DNA of 24,864 nucleotides, taken from positions 1-24,864 of the forward strand of contig CACYDY010000236.1 in the NCBI GenBank assembly GCA_902773245.1, read 5' to 3'. This DNA comes from an uncultured Ruminococcus sp. (GTDB taxonomy: Bacteria; Bacillota; Clostridia; Oscillospirales; Acutalibacteraceae). Shown one piece after another: positions 1 through 6,861 of this stretch. Numbering within the stretch: the first letter of the stretch is position 1; every line of letters begins with the position of its first letter. Position numbers and translations under genes: made by a program. The notes beneath the pieces are model-generated. The model saw nothing but the letters and a program-made list of their open reading frames with translations, was not told where the DNA came from and searched no databases.

Positions 1-1
1 C

Positions 2-76
2 GACAGTATTCTTGCGGATTTTTTCCTTGACCTCAGCAAAATTATGCTCGAAAATCTGCTCACGTCAAGATACTAA
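2..76 (+). CDS. 3' end of an unidentified CDS running in from the window edge (...DSILADFFLDLSKIMLENLLTSRY*)
   Basis: Open frame from position 2 to TAA at 74-76; too short to identify. Confidence 0.4.
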   Translation, partial: DSILADFFLDLSKIMLENLLTSRY

Positions 77-180
77 ACAGCCTCTTATATTTAATCAGTT
101 GTTCCTTAAAAGTCTGGAAACGCAGCGTTAATGAGAGTAAAAAGGTAATTCGCAATCGGGAGTCTGAGTTATAAACTATA

Positions 181-480
181 TCAAACTAAAAATCCAACCC
201 CAAAAGCCGCAGCGGCAGCCGATATCGCCACCGCTATCAAAGGAAGATCGAAATATGCCAAAACAATCGCCGTCACCGTTCCAACACCTGCCGTAACGGT
301 GTTTCCCGTGCTGTAAAAAATTGCCGGGAATGTCATTGCACTCAGAATTGCATAGGGCATATAGTACAATAGGCTTTTTATAAATTCAGACTTTATCTTT
401 TTTCTTACCATGGCAAAAGGGATCACTCTTATCAGGTATGTCACGCCTGCCATGACCGCTATATAAACTGCTACGCTCAT
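181..480 (-). CDS. azlD: AzlD-family branched-chain amino acid export small subunit
   Basis: 99 aa hydrophobic; motif 'TYLIRVIPF...LYYMPYAILSAMTFP'; ATGA overlap with upstream azlC-like gene. Confidence 0.85.
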   Translation of the reverse strand: MSVAVYIAVMAGVTYLIRVIPFAMVRKKIKSEFIKSLLYYMPYAILSAMTFPAIFYSTGNTVTAGVGTVTAIVLAYFDLPLIAVAISAAAAAFGVGFLV

Positions 481-1181
481 GACTCTTCCTCCTCGGTTTT
501 CGGAAAAATAACCGCTCCCGCAACAGATGAGATCAAACCGCAGATTATCACCGAAAATCCAACTGATATGCTTGGCAGAAAAATTCTTAGCGCAATGCTA
601 AGCAATGCGGCGGATATTACTACGAAAAATATGCTTTTGTGTTTTACCGACGGGGGTATGAATATGGCTATAAACATTCCGTATATTACGATTCCCAGCG
701 ACGCCGTGACAGAAGGGGGGAGAACTTCGCCTGCAGCTGCTCCGATTAAGGTTCCGCCGACCCAGCCCGACGCTGCAATGAATATCGTTCCGTACATATA
801 TGCCGGTTTGATCGGCTCTTTGTGCGTTGAACAGAGCGCGAAAATCTCGTCCGTTATTCCGTATGCTGCGGCGAGTCTGTGCGGCAGTGTAAAAGAACTG
901 TCAAGATTCTGTGACAGAGAAAGTCCCATCAGAGAGTAACGAAGGTTTATCATAAATTGTACCGCCGCCATTTCGAGCAGCGAACCGCCTGCTGCAATAA
1001 TGTCCACTCCGCCGACCTGCCCTGCCGAAGTGAGGTTTGTCAGTGAAATTATAACCGCCTGAAATGACGTCAGCCCCGAACGAACTGCCATAATTCCAAA
1101 TGCAAACGACACCGAAAGATATCCCAATCCAACGGGGATTCCGCTAATTACTCCACTTAAAAAATTCGACTTTACTTTCAC
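477..1181 (-). CDS. azlC: AzlC-family branched-chain amino acid export permease
   Basis: 'GIPVGLGYLSVSFAFG', 'SAGQ', 'INLRYSLM', 'ITDEIFA', 'WVGGTLIG' typical of AzlC; GTGA overlap with upstream transporter. Confidence 0.9.
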   Translation of the reverse strand: MKVKSNFLSGVISGIPVGLGYLSVSFAFGIMAVRSGLTSFQAVIISLTNLTSAGQVGGVDIIAAGGSLLEMAAVQFMINLRYSLMGLSLSQNLDSSFTLPHRLAAAYGITDEIFALCSTHKEPIKPAYMYGTIFIAASGWVGGTLIGAAAGEVLPPSVTASLGIVIYGMFIAIFIPPSVKHKSIFFVVISAALLSIALRIFLPSISVGFSVIICGLISSVAGAVIFPKTEEEES

Positions 1182-2575
1182 TTTATTATACCCAATGAAC
1201 CAAGCAGCAAAACAAAAAGAAGAACAGGCTCAATGAATTTTACCATCACAACGAAAAACTTCTTTCTGCCGAATTTTTCTCCGTTTTTGGCAGCTTCGTC
1301 AATTATAGTTTTCGGCTTTACGATCCAGCCTACGAGTATACAGGTTCCGATAGCAACAACAGGCATGAGGATATTGTTGCTGAGATAATCAAAAATGTCA
1401 AGAAGCTGACCCGTTGACCCGTTCGGGAGCTTCAGCTCAAAATAAAATACATTATAACCCAAGCAGATTACGATTCCGATAACAAGAGCGACGGCGCTTT
1501 CGATAAATGTAGCTTTTCCTCTTGACCAGCCAAATGCGTCGATCATACTTGCAACAACGGCTTCAAGCACGGATATTGCGCTTGTCAAAGCCGCAAGCAG
1601 AACCATCAGGAAAAAGACTGCGCCGAAAATGTTTCCGAAAATCCCCATTTGGGCAAAAACCTTCGGAAGTGTTACAAACATAAGTCCGGGACCCGATGAC
1701 TGCATACCCTCTTCGCCTATAAAGACATAAACCGCCGGAATTATCATAACACCTGCCAAGAATGCAACCAATGTATCAAAAAATTCAATTTGATTTACTG
1801 ATTTAATGAGGTTATTTTCGTCTTTGAAATACGAGCCGTATGTTACCATAATGCCCATGGCGACGCTTATGCTGTAGAAAAGCTGACCCATTGCGTCCAA
1901 AACCACAATAAAGATGTCGTTAAAGCTTTTTCCGCTGAAATCGGGGATTACATAAACCTTTAACCCTTCCAAGCCGGTACGTCCCTGATCACCTTTTATG
2001 GTAATGGAGAAAACTGCTATTGCAACAACAAAAATAAGAAGAACGGGCATCAGCACCTTTGAAATAGCTTCAATACCCTTGTTGACGCCTCGATAAATTA
2101 TTAACGCGCACGCAATGAGAAAAACTGCGTCAAATATTATCGTCTGATAATTTCCCGTGATAAATCCGGTGAAATAGCCGTCCTGAGCAGTTTCAAGACC
2201 GGAACCGGCTGCAAAGGCAGTGAAATATTTTAACACCCAGCCGCCTATAATGCAATAGTAAGGCAGAATCATAAAAGGTACAAGACTTGCAAAAACGCCG
2301 ATCCAGCCTGATTTTTTGTCAAGCTTTCCGAAGGCCGTCAAAGCGCTCTGTTTGGTTTTTCTTCCGATGGCTACCTCGGAGATTATGAGCGTAAAACCAA
2401 ACGTCAAAGCCAGAATAATGTAGGTGAACAAAAATATACCGCCGCCGTCTTTTGCCGCAAGGTAGGGGAATCGCCAAATGTTTCCAAGTCCGACGGCACT
2501 TCCTGCGGCTGCAAGGACAAATCCCAATGAACTTGAAAAAGAATTTCTGTTTTCTTTTGTTTTTATCTGTTTCAT
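1178..2575 (-). CDS. Sodium-dependent transporter, NSS/SNF family
   Basis: Signature 'GSAVGLGNIWRFPY', 'GGGIFL', 'GQLFYSIS', 'GPGLMFVTLP'; ~12 TM segments; GAGGAG SD upstream. Confidence 0.93.
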   Translation of the reverse strand: MKQIKTKENRNSFSSSLGFVLAAAGSAVGLGNIWRFPYLAAKDGGGIFLFTYIILALTFGFTLIISEVAIGRKTKQSALTAFGKLDKKSGWIGVFASLVPFMILPYYCIIGGWVLKYFTAFAAGSGLETAQDGYFTGFITGNYQTIIFDAVFLIACALIIYRGVNKGIEAISKVLMPVLLIFVVAIAVFSITIKGDQGRTGLEGLKVYVIPDFSGKSFNDIFIVVLDAMGQLFYSISVAMGIMVTYGSYFKDENNLIKSVNQIEFFDTLVAFLAGVMIIPAVYVFIGEEGMQSSGPGLMFVTLPKVFAQMGIFGNIFGAVFFLMVLLAALTSAISVLEAVVASMIDAFGWSRGKATFIESAVALVIGIVICLGYNVFYFELKLPNGSTGQLLDIFDYLSNNILMPVVAIGTCILVGWIVKPKTIIDEAAKNGEKFGRKKFFVVMVKFIEPVLLFVLLLGSLGIIK

Positions 2576-2616
2576 CAGATAATGTACTCCTCTCTTGATT
2601 TTAATAAACTTTCAAT

Positions 2617-2645
2617 ATTATAGCATATTGTTTCGTTAGTTTCAA
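2617..2645 (-). promoter_or_regulatory. sigma-A promoter for the transporter-azlCD operon
   Basis: Minus strand TTGAAA-17 nt-TATAAT with TGn extended -10. Confidence 0.75.
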
Positions 2646-2648
2646 TGC

Positions 2649-2777
2649 GCTATCCATAACTTTAGAAAATAATGCAGCTCTGATGCAGTGGTTTGGGGAC
2701 TGCGTCCTCGATAGAATGAAGTAATATAAAACCGACTTGTTTGATCAACAGGTAAAAATATTTGAGTTGTGGGTAGT
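2649..2777. repeat. MITE-like element copy E1 (~129 bp, imperfect terminal inverted repeats)
   Basis: Left gctatccataac / right gttgtgggtagt; both halves align with 13532-13655; internal ggtttggggactgcgtcctcga resembles 16436-16457. Confidence 0.6.
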
Positions 2778-2889
2778 GATTTTGTAACAGCAAGTTGACC
2801 GCCTTTCGGATTTTTGATTCTGTGGGTGTTATACTCGGTTTCTGTTTAGGAAGGAAAGGAGGAAAATTATTTAAATATTATTTTTTTAC

Positions 2890-2918
2890 TTGACAATCCG
2901 TTACAAAAGTGTTATCAT
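2890..2918 (+). promoter_or_regulatory. sigma-A promoter of smpB
   Basis: TTGACA-17 nt-TATCAT with TGn extended -10; AAGGAG SD at ~2951-2956. Confidence 0.8.
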
Positions 2919-2967
2919 TAAGTACACTAAAGTTTTATCAAATAATTCACAAGGAGCGTGATTTATA

Positions 2968-3435
2968 ATGGCAAAGGAAAATACAAAAACTATTGCTCAA
3001 AACAAAAAAGCATATCACGACTACTTTGTGATAGAAACTATTGAAGCCGGCATTGAGCTTTGCGGAACGGAAGTCAAATCCGTTCGTGCAGGCAGAACCA
3101 ATTTAAAGGACAGCTGGTGTTCGATAGTTGACGGTGAAATTTTTGTTAATGCAATGCACATAAGTCCCTATGAACAGGGAAACATATTTAATAAAGACCC
3201 CATGAGAGTCCGCAGACTTTTAATGCACAAGCGTGAGATCATGCGGCTTTATGGTCATCTCAAGCAAGACGGCTATTCTATAATTCCGCTTTCGCTTTAT
3301 TTCAAGGGCAGCAGGGTTAAAATGTCGGTTGGTCTTTGCAAGGGTAAAAAGCTTTATGACAAGCGTGCGGACATGGCTGAGAAGTCTGCAAAGCGTGATA
3401 TCGAAAGAACCATGAAAGAACGTTTTAACAGATAA
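2968..3435 (+). CDS. smpB: SsrA-binding protein SmpB
   Basis: '[11 protein letters not shown]', '[13 protein letters not shown]', '[10 protein letters not shown]', 'GKKLYDKR'; adjacent to tmRNA. Confidence 0.98.
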   Translation: MAKENTKTIAQNKKAYHDYFVIETIEAGIELCGTEVKSVRAGRTNLKDSWCSIVDGEIFVNAMHISPYEQGNIFNKDPMRVRRLLMHKREIMRLYGHLKQDGYSIIPLSLYFKGSRVKMSVGLCKGKKLYDKRADMAEKSAKRDIERTMKERFNR

Positions 3436-3503
3436 TCTCCGTTTTACGAGCATAGTTTTTCGAAGCTTTGTTTTTGCGTAATTGTGTAATATAATATAAA
3501 CAC

Positions 3504-3851
3504 GGGGGTGTAAAGGTTTCGACGGGGATTTTGAGCCGGAGCCAAGCGAGCAGCGGCGCGGAACCGCTTTAAAAGCCGCAATTTTAAAATTAAACGACAA
3601 CAATACAGTTGCCTTGGCAGCCTGAGTGCTGCCCGTCCTGTTCGAGAGTACCACGGCTCGGATAAGGGCGTCGATTAGTGGTGAACGTGTTCGAGTGGGT
3701 GTCTTGACCTCGTCCATGTATCAAAGACTACTGAAAAAACGAGCCTGCCGTTAGGCGTGTTTTGGAGGGAATGTTAAATTATCGGCTACGCTCGTAGAAA
3801 GCATCGGTAAGAGGTTTTCGGACAGGGGTTCGATTCCCCTCACCTCCACCA
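3504..3851 (+). ncRNA. ssrA: tmRNA (SsrA), 348 nt; tag reading frame 3596-3625 encodes (A)DNNTVALAA*
   Basis: 5' GGGGGTG pairs with 3' CACCTCC-ACCA (G3-U wobble); 'GGTTTCGACGGGG' near 5' end; T-arm GGGGTTCGATTCCCC; tag ORF ending ALAA-TGA; directly after smpB. Confidence 0.97.
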
Positions 3852-3890
3852 AACCGCTTGAAATCTATAGTTCAAGCGGTTTTTACTTTT
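3851..3890 (+). terminator. Intrinsic terminator-like hairpin directly after tmRNA CCA
   Basis: 12-bp stem aaaccgcttgaa / ttcaagcggttt followed by T-rich tract. Confidence 0.8.
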
Positions 3891-3927
3891 TTATCCCCGA
3901 AAAATCCCCGATTTTTTTATAAATATC

Positions 3928-3958
3928 AGCTCCCCGAAGTTTTATCGGGGAGCTTTTT
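3928..3958. terminator. Hairpin agctccccga/tcggggagct (likely terminator for the integrase gene, possibly bidirectional)
   Basis: 10-bp perfect stem, T-run on + strand, located just past integrase stop at 3960. Confidence 0.65.
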
Positions 3959-3959
3959 A

Positions 3960-4430
3960 CTATAGTGTCAACTTATTCAGGGCATTAAGAGCACGTTCAC
4001 TTTCCTTGGGATACAGATGTGCGTAAGTCTTTAAAGTAATGCTCACATCGGCGTGTCCAAGCCTGCGAGCGATTTCTTGAATATTTATCCCTTCGTTGAT
4101 CAGGTAGCTTGCATGTGAGTGGCGAAAGTCGTGAATGCGGATAACTTTAATATTAGCGCTCTGTGCATACATTTAGTTCATGTTTGATATAGATGTATCT
4201 CGCAAAGCACGTATATCTCAACATATAAAATAAGATTTTGAAAATCCATTGGTATCCTTTACGCGTTCAAAGTGTTCGTTAAGAACATTTTTCAAAGGAA
4301 CAGGGATCTGTATACGCCGCACGGAGCTTTTATTTTTCGGAGGTGTTATTTTGTCTTCACCGGGCAGCTTTTGATTAATACTTTTTGTAATGCTAATTTC
4401 ATCGTTTTGTATATCGTTCCAGTTCAAAGC
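3960..4430 (-). pseudogene. Tyrosine recombinase (phage integrase) pseudogene: C-terminal half only, two in-frame stops
   Basis: One frame reads ALNWNDI...YFIC*DIRALRDTSISNMN*MYAQ...IRIHDFRHSHAS...LGHADVSITLKTYAHLY; stops at 4218-4220 (TGA) and 4173-4175 (TAA); HxxR, LGH and catalytic Y present; N-terminal part incl. box I Arg missing. Confidence 0.92.
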
Positions 4431-4438
4431 TGGTTGGA

Positions 4439-4594
4439 TTGAAAGTCAAGAATATAGGGGTTGATTCAGTTGCTATGAAAAAGGGAAAAATATACGATGT
4501 TATCAGTTTTGAAGATAATTGGTATAGAATTATGACAGAAATACACGAAGATTATTTATTCCCCCCTGAATTGTTTGAAATTGTTGAAGAATAA
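4439..4594 (+). CDS. 51-aa phage-like hypothetical protein (not in ORF track): MKVKNIGVDSVAMKKGKIYDVISFEDNWYRIMTEIHEDYLFPPELFEIVEE
   Basis: TTG start at 4439 (alt. ATG 4475), TAA 4592-4594, followed by terminator; resembles from memory small Firmicutes phage proteins with 'WYRI..E..EDYL.PPE.FE'. Confidence 0.6.
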   Translation: MKVKNIGVDSVAMKKGKIYDVISFEDNWYRIMTEIHEDYLFPPELFEIVEE

Positions 4595-4626
4595 AAACCG
4601 CCCTGAGCAATAGGGGCGGTTTTGTT
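4594..4626 (+). terminator. Intrinsic terminator
   Basis: aaaaccgccc...gggcggtttt stem with T tail immediately after the small ORF. Confidence 0.8.
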
Positions 4627-4648
4627 ATGCGTTAAAGCAGGTGGGAAA

Positions 4649-4820
4649 ATGTACAGATAAAAGTTAATATCTCAGATGGAATTTCTTGAAACACTGCAAG
4701 GTAGATGTTCGACAATGGATATTTCGGAAATAACAAGGTTAAGCCGTGAGATTCTGAGCATTGCAAAAGAATTAGTAAACTTGATGAGAATGAAACCAAA
4801 CCGAATACCGATAATTAAGC
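4649..4820 (+). pseudogene. Probable degraded small phage ORF
   Basis: SD-like caggtggg then ATG TAC AGA TAA, in frame with the 4676 ORF (MEFLETLQ...); hairpin agcacc/ggtgct at 4818-4836 suggests original end near there. Confidence 0.3.
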
Positions 4821-4952
4821 ACCCTGAAAAGGTGCTATTTTTATACCCAAAACCATTAACTCACAGCCGGGCAAAAAACGGACTCACTATCCGAGTTGCG
4901 GCAATCCCCGGCTTTTCTTTATACAAAAAAGCAAAGAAATCGAGGTGAAAAT

Positions 4953-5150
4953 ATGCCGGACGAAAAAAGATCCTCCGAAGAGGAGAAATCCGAAAACAAG
5001 ACGACAGAAGCCGCTGAGAGCGAGCAAAAGGCAGAGGGCTAAACAGAACCCGAAAGCACCGCCCGAGTTATCCGAAGAGGATAAACTCAGAGAAGAAAAC
5101 TTCCGCTTGAAAACTCAGCTTGAAACAATGAAAATCGAATTTATCCCCGA
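4953..5150 (+). pseudogene. Frameshifted, truncated phage head scaffolding-like gene
   Basis: GAGGTG SD + ATG 4953 gives acidic MPDEKRSSEEEKSENKTTEAAESEQKAEG*; another frame continues ELSEEDKLREENFRLKTQLETMKIEFIPD; this N-terminal style resembles Clostridial phage scaffold proteins (recognition from memory). Confidence 0.5.
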
Positions 5151-5362
5151 TGAAAAAGTGGGCAAAATCTTATTGTTAAATTTACTCACATGTTCGTTTT
5201 GGTAAATGTTGATAATCATGTGAAAAACTATTGAATTTTTCCGATCTATGCAATCTACGGTAGTTTCGGAGAAATCGTGCCTCTTACAAGATAATTTCTG
5301 CCCCCTTTCATGCGATTACCGATCAGTATAAATACATTGCTTTTCATAATGAAGCTTCAGCT

Positions 5363-5471
5363 ACACGCCCGGTGGTAATGCGCCTGACATTTTGTTTGTA
5401 ACAATAAATTGACTCCCGCTCATCGGCTGACCACTAAATTTAATGCAAAGCTGCCGCATTGCATTTTGTAA
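5363..5471 (-). repeat. Inverted dispersed copy (one full plus one partial unit) of the ~94-nt repeat at 9809-10086
   Basis: Reverse complement reads aaatttagtggtcagccgatgagcgggagtcaatttattgttacaaacaaaatgtcaggcgcattaccaccgggcgtgt, near-identical to unit 3 (9996-10086). Confidence 0.9.
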
Positions 5472-5497
5472 AAATTATAATTTTCTATATTTTTCTC

Positions 5498-5550
5498 TTT
5501 ACAAATTATAACTTTTGTTATATAATAAACAATAAAGATAATAATTATTG
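5498..5550 (+). promoter_or_regulatory. sigma-A promoter of the Fur/PerR gene with downstream palindromic operator-like site
   Basis: TTTACA(5498)-17 nt-TATAAT(5521); palindrome AATAATTATT at 5540-5549 within gataataattattg, resembling Fur/Per boxes (autoregulation inferred). Confidence 0.65.
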
Positions 5551-5646
5551 ATTTGTTATTGCTTATAGATAATAAATTTTTCGTATTCAAGCTTTTATTA
5601 TATCAAAACATATAAATACAAACGCATGGATTTGGAGAATACAACC

Positions 5647-6030
5647 ATGAGAACGCAGAATTACTCAAAGAAAAGACAGGCAATTTACGAGCTTCTGTTA
5701 TCAACGAAAGAGCACCCCACCGCCGAATGGATCTACAATACATTAAAAGATGAATACGCCGATTTAAGCTTGGGAACAGTCTACAGAAACTTAAAGCTTC
5801 TTGAAAAAAACGGAATGATAAAATCGGTAGCGGTAGTCAACGGCTGCGAACGATACGATGCGCTGACATCACCGCATTCTCATTTTGTCTGCACAAAATG
5901 CAGCAGAGTGATAGACGTTTTCTATCGTGACGAGGTTCCCGATTTCATCAGGAATATGCACATTGACGGTGCCGACAGAGTGGATTACTTCAGTTTGATA
6001 TACTACGGAACTTGTAATAACTGTGAATAA
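5647..6030 (+). CDS. Fur-family transcriptional repressor, PerR-like
   Basis: 'HPTAEWIY', 'SLGTVYRNL', 'HSHFVCTKC', C-terminal CNNC; GGAG SD favours ATG 5647 over 5626. Confidence 0.92.
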   Translation: MRTQNYSKKRQAIYELLLSTKEHPTAEWIYNTLKDEYADLSLGTVYRNLKLLEKNGMIKSVAVVNGCERYDALTSPHSHFVCTKCSRVIDVFYRDEVPDFIRNMHIDGADRVDYFSLIYYGTCNNCE

Positions 6031-6046
6031 TTTTTCAAAAAAACAT

Positions 6047-6080
6047 AAAGGAGAAGCCGAATAAAAGGCTTCTCCTTTTC
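6047..6080. terminator. Bidirectional intrinsic terminator between convergent fur and HAD genes
   Basis: 12-bp stem aaaggagaagcc / ggcttctccttt with A/T tails on both sides. Confidence 0.88.
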
Positions 6081-6115
6081 ATTTTTCCGACGTTCGAACG
6101 CATATGTTCAGGTCT

Positions 6116-6161
6116 GGGCGGTGTCATAACGTTAAATAAGTGTACAATTTTAGCTGACGGC
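6116..6161 (+). repeat. Partial, diverged copy of the ~94-nt repeat
   Basis: ataagtgtacaattttagctgacggc (6136-6161) matches ataagtgtgaaattttagtagacagc (9903-9928) at 21/26 positions. Confidence 0.55.
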
Positions 6162-6201
6162 GGACGATTGACAGCTTCTTGAATAAAAAGACAAATTTGC
6201 T

Positions 6202-6861
6202 TCAAACTGTGAACAGAGCCTTAAAAACCGAAACATCAAAAACATCTGTCACCAGAAAATCACTGTTTTCAAAAAGAGAGTCGAAATTGCTTGCGTTATC
6301 CGAATCATAAACACCTATCGTTTTAAATCCTGCATTTTTCGCTGTTTTCAACGCAGCAGCGTTATCCTCTGCAACAACCGTTTCATCCGGAACCGTACCC
6401 AAAATCCGACAAGCGGAAAAATAAACCTTCGGCGAAGATTTACCCTCTCCCACATCGGAACATGAAATTACCTTTTCAAAGCAGTCCGAAATTCCCAAAT
6501 GCTCCAAAGCTTTCACTATCAAATAAGCGTCGGTTGCCGTTGCGACAGCCATTTTCACATTATTTGACTTCAAGAAACCGAGAACATCTTTCACTCCGCT
6601 TCTAAGCTTAACGTCTTTGGTGTAGAACTCCTCAACCATTTCGTTCTCTTGTTTGACAATTTCGTCTGTTGACAAAAGAACACCATATTCTTTTTGTAAG
6701 TACTCCGCTCCCTCTTTCATACTCATCGAAGCGAGAATTTCTGTCAGCCCATCGCATGGTTCAACTCCTGAACAGCTTATCAAATGCGTAACCATGCTGT
6801 CCCAGAACTTCATTGATAAAAGCAGAGTCCCGTCTGCGTCGAAAATTACGCCTTTAACCAT
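6202..6861 (-). CDS. HAD-superfamily hydrolase (beta-PGM/phosphatase-like)
   Basis: Motif I 'IFDADGTL', motif II 'VATAT', 'GKSSPKVY', motif IV 'VAED'; overlaps GH13 stop by 8 bp. Confidence 0.9.
   Translation of the reverse strand: MVKGVIFDADGTLLLSMKFWDSMVTHLISCSGVEPCDGLTEILASMSMKEGAEYLQKEYGVLLSTDEIVKQENEMVEEFYTKDVKLRSGVKDVLGFLKSNNVKMAVATATDAYLIVKALEHLGISDCFEKVISCSDVGEGKSSPKVYFSACRILGTVPDETVVAEDNAAALKTAKNAGFKTIGVYDSDNASNFDSLFENSDFLVTDVFDVSVFKALFTV

Larger units (their letters stand above)
3891..5150. mobile_element. Decayed prophage/integrative-element remnant at the tmRNA 3' end
   Basis: Integrase pseudogene adjacent to ssrA, TCCCCGA repeats, phage-like small ORF, broken scaffold-like ORF; right boundary uncertain (no duplicated tmRNA 3' end found). 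Confidence 0.75.

Noticed and set aside
4676-5205. ORF-track 90-aa and 86-aa ORFs as intact genes
   Set aside because: Better explained as fragments of decayed phage genes (premature stop at 4658; real SD/ATG at 4953 in another frame).
5150-5480. attR duplication of the tmRNA 3' end
   Set aside because: No copy of TTCGATTCCCCTCACCTCCACCA or a recognisable fragment was found.
6105-6170. Pistol ribozyme (GTCTGGGCG...GTTAAATA)
   Set aside because: No CCCAGA pseudoknot partner or proper P1; better explained as a partial copy of the 94-nt repeat.
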